From contig NC_083284.1 in assembly GCF_963506605.1 (NCBI RefSeq), positions 51,584,001 to 51,648,000 of the forward strand: a DNA stretch of 64,000 bases, given 5' to 3'. Source of the DNA: Zootoca vivipara. Lineage: Eukaryota. Of the stretch, positions 35,501 to 47,500 are shown piece by piece. Numbering within the stretch: position 1 is the first letter of the stretch; every line of letters begins with the position of its first letter. A model generated the notes under the pieces. The model was not told the DNA's origin. It saw only the letters and a list, made by a program, of their open reading frames with translations, and made no database searches. The translations under genes and the position numbers were made by a program.

Positions 35501-38500
35501 GTGATCATATACCAAGGAAATATTCTTCTTTTTAATCCTGATTAAATTTGTTTCAAATTTTGACGTTTCAGTTGCCAATCCTTCCTTTATATCTGTTTTA
35601 AATTTTTGATTTAATTGAAAGTATTGAAACCAATCCGTTAGATGTTTTTTGATTTCCTCATGTTCTTTCAACACTAATTTTCCTTCTTTGATTTCTAATA
35701 CATCTCTATATGTTAGCCAATCATTTCTCATATTTCTTCTTTTCACCGCTACTGCTTCTAGCGGTGATGTCCAGAGTGGAATTTTTGGTTCTAATATTCC
35801 TTTGTATTTGGTCCAAATATTAAACAAAGATTTCCTTACTATATGATTTAAAAAACCCCTGTGTGCTTTGATTTTCCCATATATTAAATAGGAGTGCCAT
35901 CCGAACCTCGTGTCGTGGCCTTCAAGATCTAAAATATCCGTTCTTTCTAATTTAATCCATTCTCCCAACCAGATTAATCCTGCTGCTGCGTGATAGAGTT
36001 CTAGATCAGGCAAGGCAAATCCTCCTCTTGTTTTCTTATCAATCAGAAGTTGGTGCTTTATTCTAGGCTTCTTGCCATTCCACACAAATCTTGCTATCTC
36101 CCTTTTCCACTCTTTAAAGCATTTAGATCCTCCTAATATTGGGATGGCTTGAAATAAGAACATCATCTTTGGCAAGATGTTCATCTTAACTGCCGATATT
36201 CTCCCCCATAGTGATAGGTGCAGTTTGTTCCACATTTCCATATTTCTTTTTATATCCTTCCATGTTCGGTTATAGTTGTCTTCATATAGATTTAAATTAT
36301 TATTTGATATCCAAATTCCTAGATATTTTCCTTTATTTGTTATTTCTAGTCCTGTTTTTTCCTGTAGTTTCTTTTTCTCTTCCTGTCTTAAGTTTTTGGT
36401 TATCATTTTTGTTTTTTGAAGATTTATTTTCATTCCCATTAGTTTCCCAAAATTTACAACTGTTTCCATCACCACTGGTATACTCTGTTGGGGGTCCTGA
36501 GTTGTTACGATCAGGTCGTCGGCAAATGCTTTTAACTTATACACCCTTTCCCCGACTTTTATTCCTAATATAGTTTCTTTACTTCTAATTTCCTGTAGAA
36601 GGGGCTCTAGCGCTAGAATAAAGAGTAAGGGTGATACTGGACAGCCCTGCCTTGTTCCTTTACCTATTTTGATTTTCTCTGTCACATTACCATTAACCAA
36701 TAATCTCGCTGATTGTTTGCTATATATGGCTCCTATTCCCTTTCTAAACTTTTCCCCGATGTTCATTATTTCTAGTTGTTTCTTTATGTACTGCCACGAG
36801 ACATTATCGAATGCCTTTTCTGCATCCAGGAGTAACAATGCTGCTTCTCTTTCGTTGTTAACTTCCAGAAATTCTATTATGTCCACAATGTTTCTTGTGT
36901 TGTCTGTTATTGATCTTCCTGGAAGGAACCCTGCTTGATCTGGGTGTATAACCTCCTGTAAGGCTTCCTTTAATCTATTGGCAAGTATGTTTGCGAAAAT
37001 TTTGTAATCGCAGTTTAGGAGCGAGATTGGTCTGAAGTTTGACATCAGTTCCAAATCTCCTCCTTGCTTGGGGATAAGAGTAATATACGCCTCTGACCAA
37101 GAGTCAGGCATTGTGCCACTTTCTAAAATTTTATTCATAATCTCCTTAAGCGGCGTTGTCAATATTTCTGCCAGTTTTTTGTAATATTCCGATGGTAGAC
37201 CATCGGGACCCGGTGATTTGCCTGTTTTTAATTTCTGTATTGCTCTCATTATTTCAGTTTCCGATATTGGGTTATTTAATTTTTGTAATTTCTCCTCTCT
37301 TATGTCAGGTATTTTATGTTGTTGTAGATATTTCCCTATCTGTTCTTCTTTTCCTACCTCCGGTTTGTATAGGTTTTCGTAGAATTTCACGAACTTTTTA
37401 GTTATTAAGAAGGGGTCATCTATTGTTTTCTCTCCCACTCTTATTCTATTTATTTGTTTTCCCAATTCTCTCTTTTTCAGCTGCCACGCAAGGTATTTTC
37501 CGGGCTTATTTGCAAATTCAATACAGTAGACACTGGCTCTGCAATTCTCAATCCTGTCCAAAATCATATACAGTGGTACCTTGACTTACGAAGACGATCC
37601 ATTCCGCGGTCGTCTTTGTAAGTCGAGGTTTTCATAGGTCGAAGTGCCGCTACGGCGCATGCGCGACCGCACGCACCGAAAAGACTTCCGGAGGCTTCGA
37701 CTTCGGAAGTCGAATTCTTTGGAAGTCGAAGCCTTTGTAAGTCAAGGTATGACACTATCCTTACATCCATCAAGCACAGTTGTATTTAAAAATGTCTATT
37801 TTTTCAACTTGTTTGTTAGTGCAGCTTCTCCTTCCTCATTCCAATCGCTGATCCAGGCTGTTATCTAAATCTTCTTTTGAAGTTTTATGATGCAGCAACT
37901 CCCAAATTATAATAAAGTTGTTACGTTATTCCCTCCGGTGCTGTTGTCCAACTCTGTCTTTGATGTTAGGCATATGTTTGCACTCCACAGATATAAATCA
38001 TTTGGCAATCGATCAGCTTTCGGAGACCACACAATCCCCCTTCCCGGGCCCTAGGAGGGTGGCTGCTAGACATCCATTTTGGGATGTCTCTCTCACCCTT
38101 AATGAAAGTCATGCAAACAAATGCTCTGTATTTTATTTCAAATTATTGTCTCGAATCACTGCAAAGTCAGCCAACAAGCATCTCCCTCTTCCCTCAAAAC
38201 AGGGAGAAACTTTCATTTTTCTATTTTTGCTGCGTCACAGGCGCCATCTTAATTCTTTTCTTTATCAAGTCTTTCAAACCAAACAAAGTTGCGCAGTTGA
38301 GCATTTAATTATAAATAGAAGTCCATCTGTACTCCTCAAAATAAATTAGGTCTCTTAATGAGGCTTGGCGTAGAAAACCAGTTATAAGTATTGAAGTGAA
38401 GAAAGCACATATCAGTCCTCCTCCATAATCCAAACATCATGACGAGAATCAGGTTTGAAGTCTGAGCTTAAACACCAGGGACTGCACAATTCTGTAGGTT

Positions 38501-41500
38501 TTTTCTCAGTCTTCTCCGGTCCAGACTATGTCTGCTTATTGTCCAAATCTAATTATTTTATCAAAGCAGATATTTCCGGCTATGGGAGTGGCCTTGGAGA
38601 GTGCCAGCCATACCATGCTTTTTGACCCAGTGTCCTGCCACTTGCACAATGCAAGCTGGCAATCTCAGACAATCTGCGGGTCTTTGAGACAGTCCTCCCC
38701 CATCTTGGGGAGTCTGCCAGGGCTAATTACCCCCATATCAGCCCTGAATTACTGGCACGGCTGGGGTCTGATCGTATGGGAGTCAGCCATTTCCCACCAC
38801 CGGAAACAGGAGGCCTCCTATTAAGTGTTTCAATGTTAGGAAGGAGTGGGAGTAAAGCTCATTTACTGTAGCCAGTGCATCTCACTCAAGAGCGATTCTC
38901 TCTAATCTCATGCTTTAGTGATATTACCAGAGCATTTGTTTCTGTTTGTCAAACTGCATTGATCGAGATCACAATCTGAGGTCATTAAACTGAGTGAGAT
39001 TTTTAAAAAATAGTTTCTATGGATATAGATCGTATTTATTTTTAAACAATGGGTACAATTTGAGACGGAGGACTCCTGGCATAGGTCCATTCTTAGGATT
39101 TTGAGTGCTACTTACCTCACCCTCTCCTTTGGCAGCAAAATAATTCATTTCTTCAACATCAACAAGCTTTACAATGTTGCAAGGCATTGGGGCACCAACG
39201 TGACCTATTTGTTGGATAAATAATGTCTTTAAGCATGTGGCAATAGTACTCACTTTATAACTATAGATCTACATAAGCAGAAGTGGCGTCATTCACACTG
39301 CAATCTTTATTGTTTTCTCATGGTCCCAAGCCTGAGTTTTGAATGTTTCAAAGAGTACTTTGACCTCAGCTTTTTAAAGTTGTATTAAGGCTCCCAGCCA
39401 TCACACTGATCAAAACAAACTCTTCTAGAGTCAACTCATACATTCCAAATTTGCTGATGGTCATTGACTATAGAGATCCATGTGACATAGATGATACACT
39501 GGAGACTGCAGTGTATGGTATTGCTTCAGTGATGGCATTGCTGCATCTGTATGTAATGCCCAGTGCTTTGTTACCACAATACCTTATTTGCGTTACACTA
39601 GGCTTTCCATGTATGCATTTGCATCCAAGGCTTAGGTTCATTAAAGTAGCTAGACCTGTGATTAGCTACCGTGTTTATCTGTTCTTATCAAAATAACCAG
39701 TAGGAACCTGACTGAGTTCAAGTGCAGCCAGGCAAGCTGGTACTTAGTGCATAATTTTTATTTTTATTTTATTTATTAAATTAGTATACTGCACTTGATC
39801 CGTAGATCTCAGAGTGGTTAACAACATAAATATATAAGATTTTAAAAACACAAAATACATTAGAAAACAAGGACTAAAACAACAAATAAATAAAACCCCT
39901 CCCCTTCCCGCAAACACATTTAAAAAGGAATAGGGTGATAATCAGCCAAAGGCCTGAGGCCTAAAAGTGTATCATGAAGGCACCAGCCGAACCTCCTTAA
40001 GGAGAGCATTCCACTAACAGGGAGCCACTGCAGAAAAGCCCTGTTCTTGCATTGCTACCCTCAGGACCTCTCAAAGAGGAGGCATACAAAGAAGGACATC
40101 AGAGGATGATCTCAGGGTCTGGGTAGGTCAGGCTTCCTCAACCTTGGCACTCCAGATGTTTTGAGACACCCCTGACCACTGGACCATCATCCCCGACCAC
40201 TGGTCCTGCTAGCTAGGGATCATGGGAGTTGTAGGCCAAAAACATCTGGAGGGCCGAGGTTGAGGAAGCCTGGGGTAGGTTCATATGGAGAGATGTGGTC
40301 CTTGAGGTATTGTGATCCTGATCCATTTAAGGCTTTATAGGTCAAAAACAAGACTTTGAACTGGGCCTGGAAACTAATTGGCAGCCAATGTAGTCAAGCA
40401 AGAAACGGTGTAATATGAAGATGGCGTTTGAGGCAGTAGCTTCAAGCAGTGTATTATGCTCATACTGTTCTGTCCCAAGCAACCTGGCCGCCAAATTCTG
40501 CCCCAGCTAAAGTTTCTGAACTGTCTTCAGAGAAGATGCTGTGGCACTTTTAAGATGGGCTGGTTCTGCTATCATGAACTTCCACGGCCAATCTCCACCA
40601 GATATATGGAATATACTGTCAATTCCAGTCTAATGTGGAAATGAAATGCAAATTGAAAAGCTCCACGCTCTGTGGGATTGCACAGAGCAGAACAGCAAGA
40701 CTCCCTTTTTTTCCAGAACACCAGGTGGACTACTACTAGAAGCAAGACAACTTTCCTTTCCTTGCACTAACAATCCATAAACTTCTTTGGAAGGCTCACT
40801 TCATGCTTGAGTTACCATGCCATCTTTTTAACAACATTTCAAGAAAGAACACAGAAGCCCTACCAGCGGTCCAGTCACCAGGTACTGTTAGGGAACATCC
40901 AGCTGTGCATTCTGTCTGTCCATAGCCTTCATAAAACTGTTAAGCAGAGTATACAAATTAGCCATTAGAGCTTTTATTGCCCCTCTCCTGTTTCGTTGTT
41001 CCTTTAACTCAAAAAACAGAACTGTAGGCGATATGCAGGCTAAGCTTTGCATCCTATAAACGTAGGATTCATTTTTGCTAAGCTATCCATGGTCTCTCTG
41101 CCTTCCTGCACTACCAGTATTTTCAGTAGGAATTCCAACATATACCTCGGGTTAAGTACACTTCAGGTTGAGTACTTTCAATTTAAGTACCCTGTTTCTC
41201 ATATTTTAAGACATACCCATAAAATAAGCCATAGCAGGATTTTTAAGCATTCAAGGAATATAAGCCATACCCTGAAAATAAGACATAGTGATAGGCGCAG
41301 CAGCAATGCTGGCCGCGGCAGGAGGAGGAGGAAAAAAAATAAGACATCCCTTGAAAATAAGCCATAGTGTGGTTTTTTGAGGAAAAAATAAATATAAGAC
41401 GTGTCTTATAATATGAGAAACACGGTACTCTGCGGACCTGTCTGGAACGGATTAATCCACTTTCCATTACTTTCAATGGGAAAGTTCGCTTCAGGTTAAG

Positions 41501-44500
41501 TACGCTTCAGGTTAAGTACGGACTTCCAGAACCAATTAAGTACTTAACCTGAGATACCACTGTACACTACAGAATTGTCTTTAGTGAGTGATCACAAGTC
41601 TATAGCTTTGTTAGAAGATTTGAACAAAATCCCATCTGCTTTCAATTTGGAGCGTTTTCTGAAATACATTCTTGTAGTTTTAATAATAAACATTAGCATC
41701 CAGCCCCTGGCCTAACATTATACCTAAAGGCAAAACCCACTGAATTGTGGAAGCACGTCTCCCTCTTTTAAGTGTGCATTGGGAATGGGAGATTTTCACT
41801 CATGGGCATAATGCTTTCAGAAGGACAGACATGTAAGTCTGTTGCAGCAAAATCAACAAGTAGTCTTGTGTCACCTTACGACAAAGAAAATTTATTATGG
41901 CATACGTTTCCGTGGACTACTGTCCACTTCATGGAAATACCGTGCTATCAAAAAGAGAGCTAGTTTTTGTAGTGAGGCATCTAATGACATGTACTAGAAG
42001 TGATCCCCCCCCCAAATACATCCTTAGAGTGAGGCAACCTGCACATCAGCTTCTCTCCTACTCAAATTCTACTCTTTTTAGTTATACTTTAACACTATGA
42101 GGAAAGTATGGCGTTTATACTCTTGACATTAAAAAAAAATGCTTTAAGGAAACTTTACGAAATAACAAGTAAACCAGATTTACAGTTCAGTCACAATCCA
42201 AACTCACCTGACAACCAAGAGCTGCTCTTAGGAAGGTCAGTACATTGGCAGAAACAGGAGCTGCTCCTGTTATCATTAGCCTGACTTTTCCTCCCAGATT
42301 TGCCTGAAAAGGGGGGGGAAAGCTATGGTGAGTGGCACTTGGATATACATCTCAATGTGACTCAAATGTGCAAATCCCATTGATTGTTTCTATGTACATG
42401 TGAGTTAGGTGAATAAAGAGATTATTCCTTAGGACAGTATTCACTGTACCACTGGCTGCGTTGTTCCATGACACAGCAATGAAGATCAGTGGCCATTCTA
42501 AAACCAAGCATGTACAGTAGAAGGCAATTTTCATTTGTTTAATTCATTTATTAAAAGTATATCCTGCCTTCCTTCCAAAGGAGCTGAGGGCAGGATGACT
42601 GCATAATAAATTAATGTGCAAGTGGGCTCTTTATTGGGATTGTTTGAAGCCATCCTCTTGAAAGTGGATGTTTCTGCCATGCAGGGTGTACTTGTAACCC
42701 AATTGCTTCTGCCCCCTCCAGTGAGCACACTATTTTACCTGTATTTTACTGAAAATCATTTTATCCCACAGGCTGTTATTTCTAATTATGCCACTTCTAA
42801 GTTCCGCTTCTTTCCTCTTGGAAGCAAAATCCAATATCCACCGCTTAAATGAAGTATTTGCTTGGCTAAAGATCTGAGAAGAGAGACCATTTTTTATTAT
42901 GTTTGCAACAAAAAAATTGCATGGGTCATTTATTGGCTTATTGATACCGGTTCACCGAGCAAATCCTAGAGGCAACTTTGCTTGTGATGTCTGTGCTGAT
43001 GGCTACAGGCAGGTTCACCAAGATGCAAAGTGTGCTCTTCTGAACTTGTAAGGGAAGTGAGAAGGAAAGCATGGACTGTATTTGATTGCTCATGGACTTA
43101 CTTTATCAAACATTCTGTTCAGAAGTCTTGGCACAACTGGAAACACTGTAGGCTGCAAAGTTTTTAAGTCATCCATAAGTAGCCTGATGTCTCCCTGGAA
43201 AAATCCTATCCGAGCTCCATGACAGAGAATCACACACTGTTGAACGACACCATATAGAGAATTAAAACCAAACCCACCTGGCTGGATAAGTAGATTTGCC
43301 CAAGTTAAAAATTAGGGACATTCTGCATATTTTCTAAGTGTAGTTTAATGCATTCTTTACTCTCTTCTGGCATATCACAAGTTTAACTGCTTAGCAATAG
43401 CTAGACTCTGACCAAGTATCTTTACCAAGAAAAACATTGCTGTTTAAGCAACTTATTTCCATCATTTTTGCCTCACACACCCAACTAAAACAAAAGTTAC
43501 AGTCCTCAATATGTTCCGCGCCCCAGTGCCAATGAGCATGCAAATGTTTGACTAATCTGGTTCACACTGTGTTTCCTGCCTCACAATCTAGCACCAAGAT
43601 TGGTACTAGGTGGCCCTGCCACACGTTGCCGTGGCTAATCCCTGTGACTGCCACCACCCTCTGTCAATCCATGATGTATCCCGCCCGCTCCTCCCCCACC
43701 CCAGGTTTTCCCTGTGATTTCCCCCACCCTGTCCCGTCCCATGACATATCACTCCCCCTCTTCCCCCCCACCCCGGGTCATCCCTGTGACTTGCCCCACC
43801 GTGTCCTGACCTATCCTGTCCCCTCCCCACCCCCAACCCCACCCAGGCAAGTCAGTACCTCTATTCGGCCTAGTCCGTAAAGGCTTCGGCCTAGTATGTA
43901 AACGGCAGCTGAGGTGCTGTTGAGAGGGATTGTTCTATAGCTGTAGTACCAGTGTAGCCACCGCTAGAGGGCACTGGTTTGCAACCTGGTTCTTTTCCCA
44001 GAATGCATTTTCGTCTGAGTGGTGTGTTTTGAAACACGGGGTTTGGGGGGTTTTACCAGGCACAGGTGTGACATATGTCTTTGAAAATGGTGTGGGCTTG
44101 CTCTCATTCGCATGCGGCATTGTGTCAAAATTTGAACACAATCAGTCAAGCGGTTTTGGTGAAACGTGGATACTAATGGACATGGCCAGTTTACATTTAT
44201 ATATATATATATATATAGATTTATGCTTTTAGTGAAACTTGTGTCTATATGTGCCCATGCAACTTGCACTAGGGGTTTGAGTATGTGTATGGCTATCTAC
44301 TTTAGAGCAAGGAGGAAACTAGAAAACTATCAAAACCTCTACTTTGGAGCTTATTTGAATGGCTTGGCGCATTCTTTACACACCAGCTGGAATCAGCACA
44401 ATCAACTGTAAAAAAGAATGGTGTACGGCTGGGGTCATACTATTGCTATTTCTTAGCTATTTGTGCTGTACTATTAAGACTAGAAGTGCAGCAGAAATCT

Positions 44501-47500
44501 TGATCACATCAGGGAAGGGAAGCAAATCTACACTAATTTTCAGAGTTTCAACATTTTTAAAAGCCCCATTTGGTCTACAGAGGCTTACTTACTTGTTGAC
44601 AGGCTGACAAAAAAATTGCTTCCCCACAAAGAAAGAGTCTTACCTGCATAATTCTTTCAAATGCATGTGCAAGAGGCAAAAAGGAAATATGTGTGTCCCT
44701 GGGACTCATTATATAGCCACTCTGCAAAAAGAGGACACTACTTAATTGTTACATAGAAAATACAGGTTCCTACCTCCACAACTCTCTCAAACATGTGGGC
44801 CAGAGGCAAGAAGGATATTAAAATATCTTCTGTAGAAGGAACAAGTGCTGTCTGTCAGTGGAAGCACCAATAGAAGGAAAGAAAGAGAAAAATGCAAGAG
44901 TTAAATTTGTATAGTTAGTGCAAGAACAGATACCCAAACACATATTTATCCCAAAGTCCTTCTTTTTTATTAATAAAATATTTCAAAAATTTAAAAAATA
45001 CATCAAATCTTCAGGTACACAAACAAAATATAAAATACAAAACAAAACAAAACCAAAATCATACATGCCAAAATAATATCTCAAAATGTATTCCAATTCC
45101 ACTAATAGACAATGCTTCCAACCCTTTCCATTATATCTGGTTCTTTTTGTTGTTGTTTCTCACAGGTTTATTTACATCGGTTTAAACTCTTTGTTTTTTC
45201 CACTGTTTTTTTTTATATATTTTACTAAAGTCCTTCTTTGCCAAAGTCCTTCTTTTTAATGGTTAACTTTGAATTTTTAAAAGGAGTTGGGTCTTTTGAT
45301 TATTTTTTGAAAGTTGCTGATGTTGAGAAGCTCCAAGCCACCAACTTATTCCCCCCTGTTATTCCATGTTATTTAAAACAGACACCAACGCAACTGGAAA
45401 GAATGCAAGCTACAAATTAGACAAAAACCCAAGTTAGCTGATCAAGTTATTCTGGAGACTATTTTCTATACCACATTGCCCTATCAGCTGCAAAATGTGG
45501 TTTGAAAGTTGTGTCAATCATTTCCAGTGGGACCTTCACAGCTAACAAGGTTCTCATGTCTAAAGGGTAAAGGTAAAGGGACCCCTGACCATTAGGTCCA
45601 GTCGTGACCGACTCTGGGGTTGCGGCGCTCATCTCGCATTATTGGCCGAGGGAGCCAGCGTACAGCTTCCAGGTCATGTGGCCAGCATGACAAAGCCGCT
45701 TCTGGCAAACCAGAGCAGCACACGGAAACGCCGTTTACCTTCCCGCTGTAGCGGTTCCTATTTATCTACTTGCATTTTGAGGTGCTTTCGAACTGCTAGG
45801 TTGGCAGGAGCTGGGACCGAGCAACGGGAGCTCACCCCGTTGCGGGGATTCGAACCGCCGACCTTCTGATCAGCAAGCCCTAGGCTCAGTGGTTTAACCA
45901 CAGCGCCACCTGGGTCCCTTCTCATGTCTAATCCTGGGTTATTGATAACAATCATATTAGAAAAGTTTTTTCTTGCCTCAAGGTCACAAGAAAAACTGAA
46001 TAAGTGAGAACTTCTATCATATGAAAAGTTAGATAGGAACATCAGATATAAAGGGCTGACTGCATCGTCCAATCATCCCTCGATTGGATCCTCCTTCTTA
46101 ATGCAGCACTAAACCGACTGATCTACCAGTACTTGTTATTTTTTTTACAAAAATCCAGGTATCTCTTGATAATGTGCTTTATGTGAGAGCTCTTTGAATC
46201 AGGGAAGTAGAGAAGCAATAATACACTTGGGTATAGAGTTAACACTAGGTTACGTTAGCTAGAATTAAAATATGTGGGGAAAGCTGGTGGAACATTCGTT
46301 ATGGAGATAAGCTTCATGTCAAATAGCATCTGGCCCAAATACCATCTCAACCATCAAATCTCAGTGGCCTTAGGAAAGCCACTCAGAGCAGAATTCATGT
46401 GGGAGCACTGGCCCACCTTACATTATTGCAGTAATTCTTACAACACTACAGCACTCAGTGCCATAAGGCAATCTGAAGTATTAAGAAATTTAGCAGACAC
46501 ACCTATGTTCTGTTTCTCCTTACAATTTCAGTGAGCCTTCAAGACAGGGTGCTACTAAACCCAACTATAATTAAGATTACTTCACAAAGCAGCCTTTCCC
46601 ATCTACTACCCCTCCAGGTGTTGTTTGACTACAACTCCCATAATCCCTGCCAACCAGCCATGCATGTTGCAAGTAGGAATCAAAAACATCTGAAAAGTGC
46701 CAGGCTGGGGAAGACTGCCACAGAGTCTACGTATTACATTGGGTAGCTTTGTGTTGTTGTTTTAAAATAGAATGCTAACAAAGTTTTAATTGTGCAATGC
46801 AGTTGTCTATCTCCAACAGCCTTGTTATAACATGTTTCAGAAGCTCAAGGGGTAGCACATTGTGGAAGGTTTAGGTGCTTCCATTCCAAGTGAGGTACAC
46901 TCTAAGCTTTTAAAAACTCAGCCATCATACTTTACCTCTGTAGCTTTCACAAATGCTGACATATTGCTCACTATATTTTGGTGAGTAATCATTGCTCCCT
47001 TGGGGCTTCCTAGAGGAAAAAAGGTGTTAATATATGTAATAGTGAATACATCCGGTTCCTAACTAAGCTTCTGAAAACGCTTGTATACATATGTAAGAGC
47101 TTAAGAATGATAGGTTATACAATGAATACACATAATCCATTTTACTTCCTTAAATGTCCTACCAAATATGAAGAGAAATCCAGGAGATGGGCAAGGCTGG
47201 ATAATTTCCCCTACCTCCAAAACATCTGTCTTTCTCAGCAGCCGAGACATACAACTGAAGTTTCTGTGCCCCATCAAAAACTAGGGCTCATAGCAGTTTA
47301 TTAAAGAATCTGGTTTTATAGTATTAAAAGTTTTCTATGTTACACTACAATCCAGGTATCTCAAAATTCTAATCTCACTTCCCCAACTGATTAATGTTGT
47401 CTCCCCATTACAATACTTCTAAGGTGTACCTGTAGTTCCACTGGTGAAACAGATTATGGCTAGATCTTCTGGTTTGGGAAGCTACGAAGAAGAGTAAGAG

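Larger units (their letters stand above)
34239..38814 (-). mobile_element. ~1.35-kb non-coding poly(A) retroposon interrupted by an L1 and a MITE
   Basis: 17-bp TSD CTCCTATTAAGTGTTTC (34222-34238 / 38815-38831); A-rich tail at ~34240; GC-richer 5' end at 38814. Confidence 0.78.

Noticed and set aside
34926-37401. Plus-strand ORFs opposite L1 ORF2, and similar ORFs opposite L2, RTE and SINEs
   Set aside because: Antisense shadows of transposon sequence
37520-37567. Apparent start ([15 protein letters not shown]) of the 904-aa ORF
   Set aside because: It runs through the TSD into host-element sequence; the L1 is 5'-truncated and lacks the endonuclease domain, so this is not an autonomous or domesticated gene start
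41143-41562. Short repeated units (CTTCAGGTTAAGTAC, AAAATAAGCCATA) resembling an array
   Set aside because: Subterminal repeats of nested Tc1/mariner MITEs; no repeat-spacer regularity and the DNA is eukaryotic, so not CRISPR
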